32,000 bases of DNA from Candidatus Nanoarchaeia archaeon (GCA_028279745.1 JANQNC010000001.1:360001-392000), one strand, 5' to 3'. Counted from the first letter of the stretch, positions 8,899 to 16,953 are shown. Translations and numbers: made by a program. Notes: a model not told the origin generated them from the sequence alone.

Positions 8899-8912
8899 AA
8901 ACAAAGGAAACC

Positions 8913-8920
8913 TTTAAAAG
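8913..8920 (+). promoter_or_regulatory. TATA-box-like element upstream of tRNA-Leu
   Basis: TTTAAAAG lies about 27-34 nt upstream of the tRNA 5' end at 8947. Confidence 0.35.
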
Positions 8921-8946
8921 CAAACCTTTTTTCTTTTAGCCTAAAT

Positions 8947-9079
8947 GTGGGGGTAGCAAAGTCTGGTCAAATGCGCAGGACTTAAGGCCCTAATGGTAGG
9001 ATATCCTGTCACTTAGTGTGTTCGGGGGTTCGAAAGAAGTCGAGCGGACGTTCGGCTGACGAAAGTCCCCTCCCCCACA
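8947..9079 (+). tRNA. tRNA-Leu(UAA) with two introns (canonical 37/38 intron ~8987-9002; second ~31-nt intron in the T-arm ~9036-9066)
   Basis: Acceptor GTGGGGG/CCCCCAC plus discriminator A. 3-bp D stem GCA/TGC with a long D loop. Anticodon stem CAGGA/TCCTG with loop CT-TAA-G. Long variable arm. GGGGG-TTCGAAA…CCCCT T-arm interrupted after the T-loop. Mature length about 86 nt, as expected for class II Leu. Confidence 0.8.
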
Positions 9080-9087
9080 TCTTTTAT

Positions 9088-9195
9088 GCCTCCGTGGCTT
9101 AGCGGTATAGCGTTGCATTGGTATGTTTGTTTCAAAACATTTGGAACGAAGTGACAAAAATGCAGAGGTCGCGAGTTCGATTCTCGCCGGAGGCT
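9088..9195 (+). tRNA. tRNA-Thr(GGU) with a ~36-nt canonical-position intron (~9124-9159)
   Basis: Acceptor GCCTCCG/CGGAGGC plus discriminator T. Anticodon stem TTGCA/TGCAG with loop TT-GGT-A. Variable loop AGGTC. T-arm GCGAG-TTCGATT-CTCGC. Confidence 0.85.
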
Positions 9196-9205
9196 TTCTT
9201 TAGAA

Positions 9206-9787
9206 TCAACTATTAACTTTCTCTTGAGTGCTCATAATGTCCTTTCTTCCTTCTTTAACTCTTTCAACAATTAATTTAACTCGTTTCTTTACAGTGTCTT
9301 TTCGTTTTGCTCTTAATATCCATCTGTACAACATACGTTTAAGTGACGCAGGATACTTCTGAAAATTATCATTTGCTTTTTTGTTCTTACTCAAAGCTTT
9401 CTTTAATTCTTCAGGAATGTCAGGACTTTTAGGAATTCCAGCATCATGAGTTGGTTTTTTAAGACCTTCTTTGTAATACTTAATACCTTGAGGAGCCATC
9501 ATCTTCTTTTTCAGCAACTCTTTAGCATAGCTTATAGTGTTATCACTCCACCGGCTATTCTTAGTTCGTCTAGTGAAGTTTCTAGTGTATCTTTCTTCAT
9601 CTAACCTTTTTACGGTTGTGTCAATCCAACCAAAACATATAGCTTCTTCAATCAGCTCCCTATGTGAAGGAGAAGACTTACCTGTATGTTTTTTGTATAG
9701 AATAACAGAAACTTTAGTTTCTTTATCATGATTGTTCGACAACCACCTTCTGAACTCATCTCTTGTAAAAACATTAATCGTTTCCAT
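9206..9787 (-). CDS. YdeI/OmpD-associated (OmdA/DUF1801-like) family protein
   Basis: 193 aa. FRRWLSNNH…VILYKKHTGKSSPSHRELIEEAICFGWIDTTVKRLDEERYTRNFTRRTKNSRWS matches the family's hallmark N-terminal region. Confidence 0.75.
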   Translation of the reverse strand: METINVFTRDEFRRWLSNNHDKETKVSVILYKKHTGKSSPSHRELIEEAICFGWIDTTVKRLDEERYTRNFTRRTKNSRWSDNTISYAKELLKKKMMAPQGIKYYKEGLKKPTHDAGIPKSPDIPEELKKALSKNKKANDNFQKYPASLKRMLYRWILRAKRKDTVKKRVKLIVERVKEGRKDIMSTQEKVNS

Positions 9788-10768
9788 TTACAAATTATTT
9801 TTATACCATTCAATGGTTTGTTTGATGCCGTCAATAACTCCTGTTTCAATCTCGTAACCAAGATCTTTTTCAATAGCACTAATGTCTGCTAAAGAATCTT
9901 TAATGTCTCCAGGCCTATTGGGTTTTAGTTCAGGCTCCAAATCAGAACCAAGAAGATCTGCAAGCAGACCATATAGTTTGATTAATGAATACCTGTCACC
10001 GCAAGCAACATTAAACACTTTCTGTTTAGGGTAATCTGCAAAACAAGCATGAATGTTTGCAGCAATAACATTGCTTATATGGGTGAAGTCTCTTGTTTGA
10101 GAGCCATCACCAAAGAAAACAGGTCTTTTGTTGTTAAGTATCGCTTTAACAAACAAAGGAATAACTGCAGAATAAGGAGAGTCTGGGTCTTGTCTCTTAC
10201 CAAACACATTAAAATATCTTAGACCGATAGTCTCAAGACCATAAGTTCTAAAAAAGTTATCAGCATAAAGCTCTTTAACATATTTAGTAACCGCATAAGG
10301 CGAAAGTAAGTTGCCTTTGTGCTCTTCTTTTTTAGGTAAAGTTTTTGAGTCTCCGTAAACCGAAGATGAAGAAGCATAAACAACTCTCTTTACATTGTTA
10401 AGTTTTGCAGATTCAAAAATATGTAATGTGCCGTTAATATTAGCAAAGTTAGAATCGACAGGATTCTTGATAGACCTAGGAACTGAAGCTAATGCCGCTT
10501 GATGAAGAACGTAATCAACATTTTCCATAAGTCTTATGCAAGTTTTTAGATCAGTTATATCACCTTCAACAAATTCAAAATTAGGTTTTGACATAAATTC
10601 TTCAATATTTTTCATGTGCCCTGTTGAAAGATTATCAAGAACTATGACCTTTTTAGCATTATTCTTTAACAAGTATTCACAAAGATTAGAGCCAATAAAA
10701 CCTGCGCCTCCTGTGATTAGGAATGTTGAAGCTTTGACTTTATCGTTGTATTTCTCCAGTTGTTTCAT
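9788..10768 (-). CDS. NAD-dependent sugar-nucleotide epimerase/dehydratase (extended SDR; UDP-hexose/HexNAc 4-epimerase-like)
   Basis: Rossmann motif ITGGAGFIGSNL. Catalytic SSSSVYG and SPYAVTK (YxxxK). 326 aa. Confidence 0.85.
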   Translation of the reverse strand: MKQLEKYNDKVKASTFLITGGAGFIGSNLCEYLLKNNAKKVIVLDNLSTGHMKNIEEFMSKPNFEFVEGDITDLKTCIRLMENVDYVLHQAALASVPRSIKNPVDSNFANINGTLHIFESAKLNNVKRVVYASSSSVYGDSKTLPKKEEHKGNLLSPYAVTKYVKELYADNFFRTYGLETIGLRYFNVFGKRQDPDSPYSAVIPLFVKAILNNKRPVFFGDGSQTRDFTHISNVIAANIHACFADYPKQKVFNVACGDRYSLIKLYGLLADLLGSDLEPELKPNRPGDIKDSLADISAIEKDLGYEIETGVIDGIKQTIEWYKNNL

Positions 10769-10894
10769 GATGTTTTGGATTAAGTATTGGTATAAAAGCT
10801 TAACTAAAATTTAGTACTCATTTATATATGAAAACTTAATTTCTAACTAAAAAGAGTGTCTTTAGGTGTTTAATGATAAAAATAAAATAGAAAA

Positions 10895-11932
10895 ATGTCT
10901 CAAGAAAATCAGAAATACAAAGCAAAAATCTCAGACCATAAAACTGTAAATATGTATCTGAACGATATAAGAACAACTAAACCACTTTCAAGAGAAGAAG
11001 AAATCCAACACATCAAACGGATAAAACAGGGAAGTGACTACCTAAGAAACCAGTTTATCGAAGCAAATCTAAGGTTTGTTGTTTCTGTTGTATTTAAGTA
11101 TCAACACAAAGGTTTGCCTTTACCTGACTTGATAAATGAAGGCAATCTGGGATTGATACACGCAGTAGAAACATTTAATGAAACTAGAGGTGTTAAGTTT
11201 ATCTCTCACGCAGTCTGGAAAATTAGACAGATGGCAATGAAAGCACTAAACGAAAAACCAAGATTGGTTAGGCCGTCTGCAAATGCAATCGCATTGAGAT
11301 TAAAGCTAGACAGATACATCATACCAAGACTTGAACAGAAGATCCAAAGATATCCTCTTCCCGAAGAGGTGTGTGAAGAATTTACAAAATACCAAAACAC
11401 AATATATGCAGAACAGTTTAAAGATAAATACGGGAGATATCCAGGCCTAAAAGAGTTAGAGGGCGAGAAAGAAGGCAAGGAAAAAATAACTTTAGATCGA
11501 GTAAAAAGAGCGATGGACGTGCACGATACACAACCTAGCCTAGACTCCCCCTTAGATGACGAAGATAACTCGACATTGATGGACATCCTAGTTGATGAGT
11601 CTGTTGACATATCTCCAGATAGCAGGTTAGAAGAAGAAAGTTTTGACATACACCAAGAAGAAGTGTTAAGAGTGTTAGACCCTAAATCTAGAGATATAAT
11701 AAAGATGTACAACGGGATAGACTATGACAGAGAGTACACACTTAAAGAGATAGGCAAAAAATACAAAATCTCACGAGAGAGGGCAAGACAGATAAAAAGA
11801 GACGCAGTGGAAAAGATGAGAAAGTTGTACATAAATCCTGAAAAGCTTGAAAAAAGATTACTAGAAATTAGAGAAACTCCAGGCATGCTAAAACCAACAC
11901 CCTCTAAAATAGGCAGACCGAAAAAACAGTAA
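10895..11932 (+). CDS. Sigma-70 family RNA polymerase sigma factor homologue (regions 1.2, 2, 3, 4)
   Basis: YLNDIRTTKPLSREEE (r1.2). FIEANLRFVVSVVFKYQHKGLPLPDLINEGNLGLIHAVETFNETRGVKFISHAVWKIRQMAMKAL (r2.1-2.4). RLVRPSANAIALRLKL (r3.0). LDPKSRDIIKMYNGID…YTLKEIGKKYKISRERARQIKRDAVEKMRKL (r4.1-4.2). Confidence 0.85.
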   Translation: MSQENQKYKAKISDHKTVNMYLNDIRTTKPLSREEEIQHIKRIKQGSDYLRNQFIEANLRFVVSVVFKYQHKGLPLPDLINEGNLGLIHAVETFNETRGVKFISHAVWKIRQMAMKALNEKPRLVRPSANAIALRLKLDRYIIPRLEQKIQRYPLPEEVCEEFTKYQNTIYAEQFKDKYGRYPGLKELEGEKEGKEKITLDRVKRAMDVHDTQPSLDSPLDDEDNSTLMDILVDESVDISPDSRLEEESFDIHQEEVLRVLDPKSRDIIKMYNGIDYDREYTLKEIGKKYKISRERARQIKRDAVEKMRKLYINPEKLEKRLLEIRETPGMLKPTPSKIGRPKKQ

Positions 11933-12049
11933 ACCTTATAAACAACTTATTGATTCTCAAGGGTAAGATCGAGAGACAGGAACTGTGCAAGCATTCCTGA
12001 ACTGGAGATAAGAACATAATTCTATCTCATTAAAAGGTCTGGAGGAAAA

Positions 12050-12505
12050 ATGGCAAGAAAATATTCAAGAGACAAAGGAAAAAGCGGAAGTACAAAACCT
12101 TTGAAAAAAGCATTACCTACCTGGATAAGATACAAAGCAAAAGAAGTAGAGCTACTAGTTACAAAATTAGCAAAAGAAGGTAAAGGTGCTTCAATGATTG
12201 GATTAGCATTAAGAGATTCATACGGTATTCCTGATGTAAAAAAAGTAACAGGTAAATCAATAACCGCAATCCTAAAAGAAAAAGAAGCTGCAGGAGCAAT
12301 ACCTGAAGACATAGCATTCCTGATAAAAAGAGTAGTACAGCTAAAGAAACATCTAGAGCTTAACCACAAAGATATGACTGCAAAAAGAGGACTGCAGTTA
12401 ACAGAATCAAAAGTGAAAGCTTTAGAAAAATACTACAAAAGAACAGGTGCTTTGCCTAAAACATTCAAATACACAACAGCAAACGCAGCAATGCTTCTAA
12501 GATAA
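12050..12505 (+). CDS. rps15: 30S ribosomal protein S15 (archaeal S15P / eukaryotic S13e type)
   Basis: 151 aa, the archaeal/eukaryotic length. Motifs GKSGSTKP…, MIGLALRDSYGIPDVKKVTGKSI and KDMTAKRGLQLTESK. GGAGG lies 5 nt upstream of the ATG. Confidence 0.95.
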   Translation: MARKYSRDKGKSGSTKPLKKALPTWIRYKAKEVELLVTKLAKEGKGASMIGLALRDSYGIPDVKKVTGKSITAILKEKEAAGAIPEDIAFLIKRVVQLKKHLELNHKDMTAKRGLQLTESKVKALEKYYKRTGALPKTFKYTTANAAMLLR

Positions 12506-12523
12506 ATTTTTATCTTATTTTTT

Positions 12524-13132
12524 TTATTTCATTTTCAAACCAGAGCCTGTTTCACCAGTCCTAAGATTATGCCATTTACAGTTATTAGTTTCTGTGTCTA
12601 TTGTGTAAACCACATCATTACAACCATCAAAGTCCTTCAGCTCTTTAATATTTGTCTTAGTGAATCTGGCAAGTATGGCTCTATTAATCCCTAAATGAGC
12701 CACAATTAAAACATAATCATAATTTTTACTTTGGATATCTTCAATACAACTACATACTCTTTCATATACAGAATTATAACTTTCTCCACCTTCTATAGCT
12801 TTATCAAGATCATCAAACCTTGCGGCCAATATTTTTTTAATGTCAGGATTGGTTTCATCCTTCTCATCTGCAACACCGAAGTCCATCTCTTTTAATCTAT
12901 CATCAACATCAACGCTCAAACCTTTAAGATCTGCAGCGGGTTGCGCAGTATCTCTTGCCCTGGTCAAAGGAGAAGAGTAAATTGCCTCAATATTTTCATG
13001 AAGAATAAAGTTCGCAAGGTTCTTTGAATGCTCTACGCCTTCATCTATAAGTCTTGCTTTATCTGATGAGCCTGCCACTACCTTCTGCGCATTAAAGTCT
13101 GTCTTTCCATGTCTAGATATTATAAATCTCAA
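12524..13132 (-). CDS. Histidine phosphatase superfamily protein (phosphoglycerate-mutase-like)
   Basis: N-terminal RHGKTDFN (RHGxTxxN) catalytic motif, downstream SSPLTRARDTA, and a late VAHLG histidine. Confidence 0.8.
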   Translation of the reverse strand: MRFIISRHGKTDFNAQKVVAGSSDKARLIDEGVEHSKNLANFILHENIEAIYSSPLTRARDTAQPAADLKGLSVDVDDRLKEMDFGVADEKDETNPDIKKILAARFDDLDKAIEGGESYNSVYERVCSCIEDIQSKNYDYVLIVAHLGINRAILARFTKTNIKELKDFDGCNDVVYTIDTETNNCKWHNLRTGETGSGLKMK

Positions 13133-13138
13133 TTTTAC

Positions 13139-13408
13139 CTAAAGAATATTTCTAACGTTATCAATATGTTCAGCGACATCGCCGCCTTTTTTAGTTAATG
13201 TAAGAAGTTTTAATCTGCCTTGTTTTTCAAAATTGATCAAACCAGACTTTTCCATTTCCTGTAGAACTTTAACAACATGAGAGTAAGTGCAATCAACTTG
13301 CTTAGCAAGATTAGATGCATAGATAGCTGACTTAGAATTTTTCATAATAACCAACATCATTGCAGGTTTTTCTCGGAAAAAAGCTCTAAACATTTTATCA
13401 TTCACCAT
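13139..13408 (-). CDS. Small winged-helix transcriptional regulator
   Basis: 89 aa. YASNLAKQVDCTYSHVVKVLQEMEKSGLINFEKQGRLKLLTLTKKG gives an HTH plus wing pattern. Immediately upstream of the phosphatase gene. Confidence 0.7.
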   Translation of the reverse strand: MVNDKMFRAFFREKPAMMLVIMKNSKSAIYASNLAKQVDCTYSHVVKVLQEMEKSGLINFEKQGRLKLLTLTKKGGDVAEHIDNVRNIL

Positions 13409-13539
13409 CTATAATATACCCCCTATAATATATCGGTTGCAGGCTATATTTAAAGGTTTCGATTAAACTTGGAGTAGTAAAACTCAGTGGACATCCTTTA
13501 ACGTAAAGGATATAAATAGAGAGCTAAGAGGGTTAGAAT

Positions 13540-15405
13540 ATGAACCTATTCCCATTCTCAGAACAAAGAAACGTGCAGAAATCTATGATAGAAGACATAG
13601 AGAAAGCTTTGGAAGAGAAAAAGCACATGATCTTACATGCACCAACAGGACTGGGGAAAACAGTAGCAACACTGGCTCCTGCTTTGGCTTACGCATTAAA
13701 AAAAGACATAAATGTATTTTTCTTAACATCAAGACACACACAACACATGATTGCAGTGAACACTTTGAAAGAGATAAAGAAAAAACACGATGTTGATTTC
13801 CAAGTAATTGACATGATAGGGAAAAAATGGTTGTGTGCAGTGGAGGGAAGTGAAAAATTTTTCTCAAATGAGCTAACCGAATATTGCAAAACACAAAGAG
13901 AAGAAGGACTGTGTGAACAATATAATAATACAAAACAAAAAAGTAAGTTCACAGTAGAAGCGAAAAGATTAATGAGCGAGATACAAGACGGACCAATCCT
14001 AAACGTAGAAGAAGCAAAAAAAAGAATAGCAGACGAAAAGATGTGCCCATACTATCTGATGATGGGAATGGCAGAAAAGGCAAAAGTGATCATAGGCGAT
14101 TATTACCATTTATTCCACCCAGGAGTGAGTGAAACTTTTTTAATGCAGTCTGGCAAGAAGATTGAGAATTCTATCATCATTGTAGATGAAGGACATAACT
14201 TGCCTGGAAGAGCTAGAGAGTTACTAACTGAAAGATTATCTAACTTCGTAACAAAAAGAGCAATCAAAGAAGCAAAAGACTTGAAGAATTCAGAGATTGC
14301 AAATTGTCTAGAAAAAATGCATGAGCTAATAACCCAGTTAGGAAAAGAAACACAAGATGAAAAACCTATCACGAAGGATGCATTTGTTCAATTGGTGGAG
14401 AAAGTTACTGCATACAAGTATGATGAGTTAATGGTTGAATTAGATACATTGAGCGAGTTAGTGAGAGATGAGAAAAAACAAAGTTTTTGCGGGATAATAA
14501 GTGGGTTTATGGAAAAATGGATGGGTGAAGATGAAGGGTATGTTAGAATAATAAGTAAACAAAGAGGAAGGGGTAAAGAAGATTTCATAACTGTAAGTTA
14601 CAGATGTTTAGATCCTTCACTAATAACAAAGCCAGTAATTGAAAGTTCACTAATGACAATCTTGATGTCAGGTACATTAACACCAACACAGATGTATAAA
14701 GATTTACTAGGGTTTCCTGCAGATGCAATAGAAAAAACTTATCCATCTCCTTTCGAGGAAGAGAATAAACTGACACTTATGATTCCAGAAACAACAACAA
14801 AATATTCTGCCAGATCAGAAGCACAATACGAAAGAATTGCTGAAATAATAACTGAAGTTTCAGAATCAATACCCGGGAATGTAGCAATATTCTTTCCAAG
14901 CTATTACATAATGAATGAAGTTTACAAAAAATTCTTTGACAAATGCAGCAAAACCGTATTTACTGAGCAACCCAACTTATCAAAAGATGAAAAAGCTGAA
15001 CTATTTGGTAAATTTGAACAATATAAAAAAGTAGGAAGTGTTTTTTTGGGGGTTGTTTCAGGCAGTTTCGGAGAAGGGATTGATTTACCCGGCGACCTAT
15101 TGAAAGGAGTTGTAATAGTTGGGTTGCCGTTAACTAAACCCAATATTGAAACAGAAGCTTTGATCAAGTACTTTGATCAGAAATTTAAGAAAGGATGGGA
15201 TTATGGTTATATCTTCCCTGCAATGAATAAAACTTTACAAAGTGCTGGGCGTTGTATAAGAACTGAAACAGATAAGGGTGTTGTTGTGTTCTTAGATGAA
15301 AGATACACTTGGGATAATTACTACAGATGTTTCCCAATCGAATGGAAAATAAAAATCACTAAGATGTATGTTGATAGGATCAAGGAGTTTTTTGATAAGG
15401 TTTGA
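13540..15405 (+). CDS. xpd: XPD/Rad3-type (DinG family) Fe-S DNA helicase
   Basis: Walker A HAPTGLGKT and DEGH box VDEGHNL. Four Cys in the Fe-S domain region (WLCAVEG…EYCKTQ…GLCEQY…MCPYY). C-terminal motifs GSFGEGIDLPG and QSAGRCIR. Confidence 0.9.
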   Translation: MNLFPFSEQRNVQKSMIEDIEKALEEKKHMILHAPTGLGKTVATLAPALAYALKKDINVFFLTSRHTQHMIAVNTLKEIKKKHDVDFQVIDMIGKKWLCAVEGSEKFFSNELTEYCKTQREEGLCEQYNNTKQKSKFTVEAKRLMSEIQDGPILNVEEAKKRIADEKMCPYYLMMGMAEKAKVIIGDYYHLFHPGVSETFLMQSGKKIENSIIIVDEGHNLPGRARELLTERLSNFVTKRAIKEAKDLKNSEIANCLEKMHELITQLGKETQDEKPITKDAFVQLVEKVTAYKYDELMVELDTLSELVRDEKKQSFCGIISGFMEKWMGEDEGYVRIISKQRGRGKEDFITVSYRCLDPSLITKPVIESSLMTILMSGTLTPTQMYKDLLGFPADAIEKTYPSPFEEENKLTLMIPETTTKYSARSEAQYERIAEIITEVSESIPGNVAIFFPSYYIMNEVYKKFFDKCSKTVFTEQPNLSKDEKAELFGKFEQYKKVGSVFLGVVSGSFGEGIDLPGDLLKGVVIVGLPLTKPNIETEALIKYFDQKFKKGWDYGYIFPAMNKTLQSAGRCIRTETDKGVVVFLDERYTWDNYYRCFPIEWKIKITKMYVDRIKEFFDKV

Positions 15406-15424
15406 GGTTGAGTTAACTTTCATT

Positions 15425-16210
15425 TTAATCATACTTAATCTTCTCCAAAGTTTTCCTATCAAATGTTGTTATGTTTATTCTAATTCCTGCACTGTCTTGT
15501 TTGTCATTAAGACCTTCCATACTTCCAAAGTATTCATTACCCAATTGTTCAATGCCAAGCTTTCCAAGATTAAGATCTTTCATACCCAAAGCAAACCAAG
15601 GCGGTTCTACTCTAATGCCTTCTGTTGTCAATACAAGATCAATCTTATCTTTGCCGTCAAAAGTATAACTATCAACAAAGCCTTCAATCTTTCTTGATTC
15701 AGTGACCATCTCTGTGCCAAAACATTTTGGTATTTCCTGTTCAATCTTTCCATTAACAAATATAGAAAAATGATACTTCCCTTCTTTATATCTTAAAGTC
15801 ATACTCTCAAACTTATCCAGTTCAAGACTATAATCTATATCATTAGCATCATAAAACTCCTTCAAAGAAGTCATCGCGTGCCTAAGCGCATCTTTCTTTA
15901 AAACAACAGGTCTTCCTCTTTTGACGTGAGGATTCTTGTGAAATTCTTTAAATGTCTCATAAAAAATATCAACTGGAGCAATTCCAGAATAAACCTTGTC
16001 ATTCACTGCTCTTTTTGCAAGCTCTTCAGCCTTTTCATTATTTACATTAATTGCGCTTTCAAGAAGAATGTCTTCAACAGTCTTTTCAAGTTGAGTTATT
16101 CTCTCCTGAGATTTTTTTAAAGCTTCATCCTGTTTTAAGTTTTGAAATATGCTAAATCCTAATGCACCTAGTACTGCCGCATAAACTATTGGTTTTAGTA
16201 TCTTTTTCAT
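15425..16210 (-). CDS. Hypothetical N-terminally membrane-anchored/secreted 261-aa protein
   Basis: N-terminal hydrophobic segment MKKILKPIVYAAVLGALGFSIF, then a coiled-coil-like stretch. No family recognised. Confidence 0.6.
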   Translation of the reverse strand: MKKILKPIVYAAVLGALGFSIFQNLKQDEALKKSQERITQLEKTVEDILLESAINVNNEKAEELAKRAVNDKVYSGIAPVDIFYETFKEFHKNPHVKRGRPVVLKKDALRHAMTSLKEFYDANDIDYSLELDKFESMTLRYKEGKYHFSIFVNGKIEQEIPKCFGTEMVTESRKIEGFVDSYTFDGKDKIDLVLTTEGIRVEPPWFALGMKDLNLGKLGIEQLGNEYFGSMEGLNDKQDSAGIRINITTFDRKTLEKIKYD

Positions 16211-16347
16211 TTTCTCCTCTTCTTTAATTCTTGCAGAGCATACTCTACTACGTGAGATTTGTTTCTAAACGTGTTTTCAGTTCTGATCAGATCTCTGATT
16301 AGACAGATAGTCTCTTCTTCTATTGAAACAGTGATTCTGCTTTTCAT
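16207..16347 (-). CDS. 46-aa ribbon-helix-helix (CopG/Arc/MetJ-like) DNA-binding protein (not in ORF track)
   Basis: MKSRITVSIEEETICLIRDLIRTENTFRNKSHVVEYALQELKKRRK shows a beta-strand/helix/helix pattern. Its TGA overlaps the downstream ATG (ATGA). Confidence 0.55.
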   Translation of the reverse strand: MKSRITVSIEEETICLIRDLIRTENTFRNKSHVVEYALQELKKRRK

Positions 16348-16953
16348 ACTAAGTGAGAGAAAGTATTACTTATATATAAACATACGTTTTTTTATCACTT
16401 TTAAGTAGTTATATGATATTTGGAGTAAACAGCTTGAAAACCTATATTCTCCAATATACACATTATACAGGTATACTAAATCATAACATTTATATATGAG
16501 TATATCTATAGATACGTTAGTATACAAATTCGTATATTTGTATATGTTACAATGATAGAGGCCTGGTGGGAAAATCATATTTCTAAAAGACCCCTCACAC
16601 CCTTAGAAACCCTTTTTTCACGGGGCCTCATTCATGTTCACAAAAAAAAGAGGACTTCCCAAAAATTTATTCTCAAACCGACCCCAAACCCTGAGACGGG
16701 GAGTCTCACTCTTTTTTTCTCACATTCCCTCACTCAAAAAACATACTCTCAGTTAAGGCTGGGAAAAGAGGTGTTAGATGGGATAAGCTCGCAAGAGTCT
16801 TATTCCAATAAGTACAAAAAATACAGAAACAGCAATAGCAACTACAGCAATTGAATCAAATAAATAACGGTTAAGGAGCCCTCCTCGTAAAACCACTGGA
16901 TTGGGGGAGGAGATTCCTTTTTCATATTCACACATACTCACGGGGGTGACAAG

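Noticed and set aside
9058-9071. GACGAAAGTCCCC, reminiscent of the RNase P RNA AGGAAAGUCC core
   Set aside because: It lies within the tRNA-Leu T-arm intron/3' T-stem junction. No other RNase P conserved regions are nearby.
11206-11712. 168-aa antisense ORF inside the sigma-70 homologue
   Set aside because: It lies opposite a strongly motif-supported CDS, and its Ser/Leu/Phe-rich composition marks a shadow frame. The same reasoning applies to 3599-3922, 4448-4924, 4925-5329, 13583-13952, 14103-14776, 17166-17465, 26106-26567 and 26742-27173.
11933-12049. Search for an att-like direct repeat of the tRNA-Thr 3' end at the far side of the putative islet
   Set aside because: No match of 10 nt or more to GCGAGTTCGATTCTCGCCGGAGGC (either strand) was seen by eye, and no integrase is present. 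Recent tRNA-targeted integration is unsupported.
16366-16560. AT-rich repeat region as a chromosomal replication origin
   Set aside because: No adjacent orc1/cdc6 and no recognisable ORB-like long inverted repeats flanking a DUE. An operator or promoter explanation is simpler.
16552-16854. 100-aa plus-strand ORF in the ORF-poor spacer
   Set aside because: No SD or TATA context, an odd composition (P/T/S/K-rich, ending in an NSNSNYSN low-complexity run), and it spans the C-rich biased segment. More likely non-coding.
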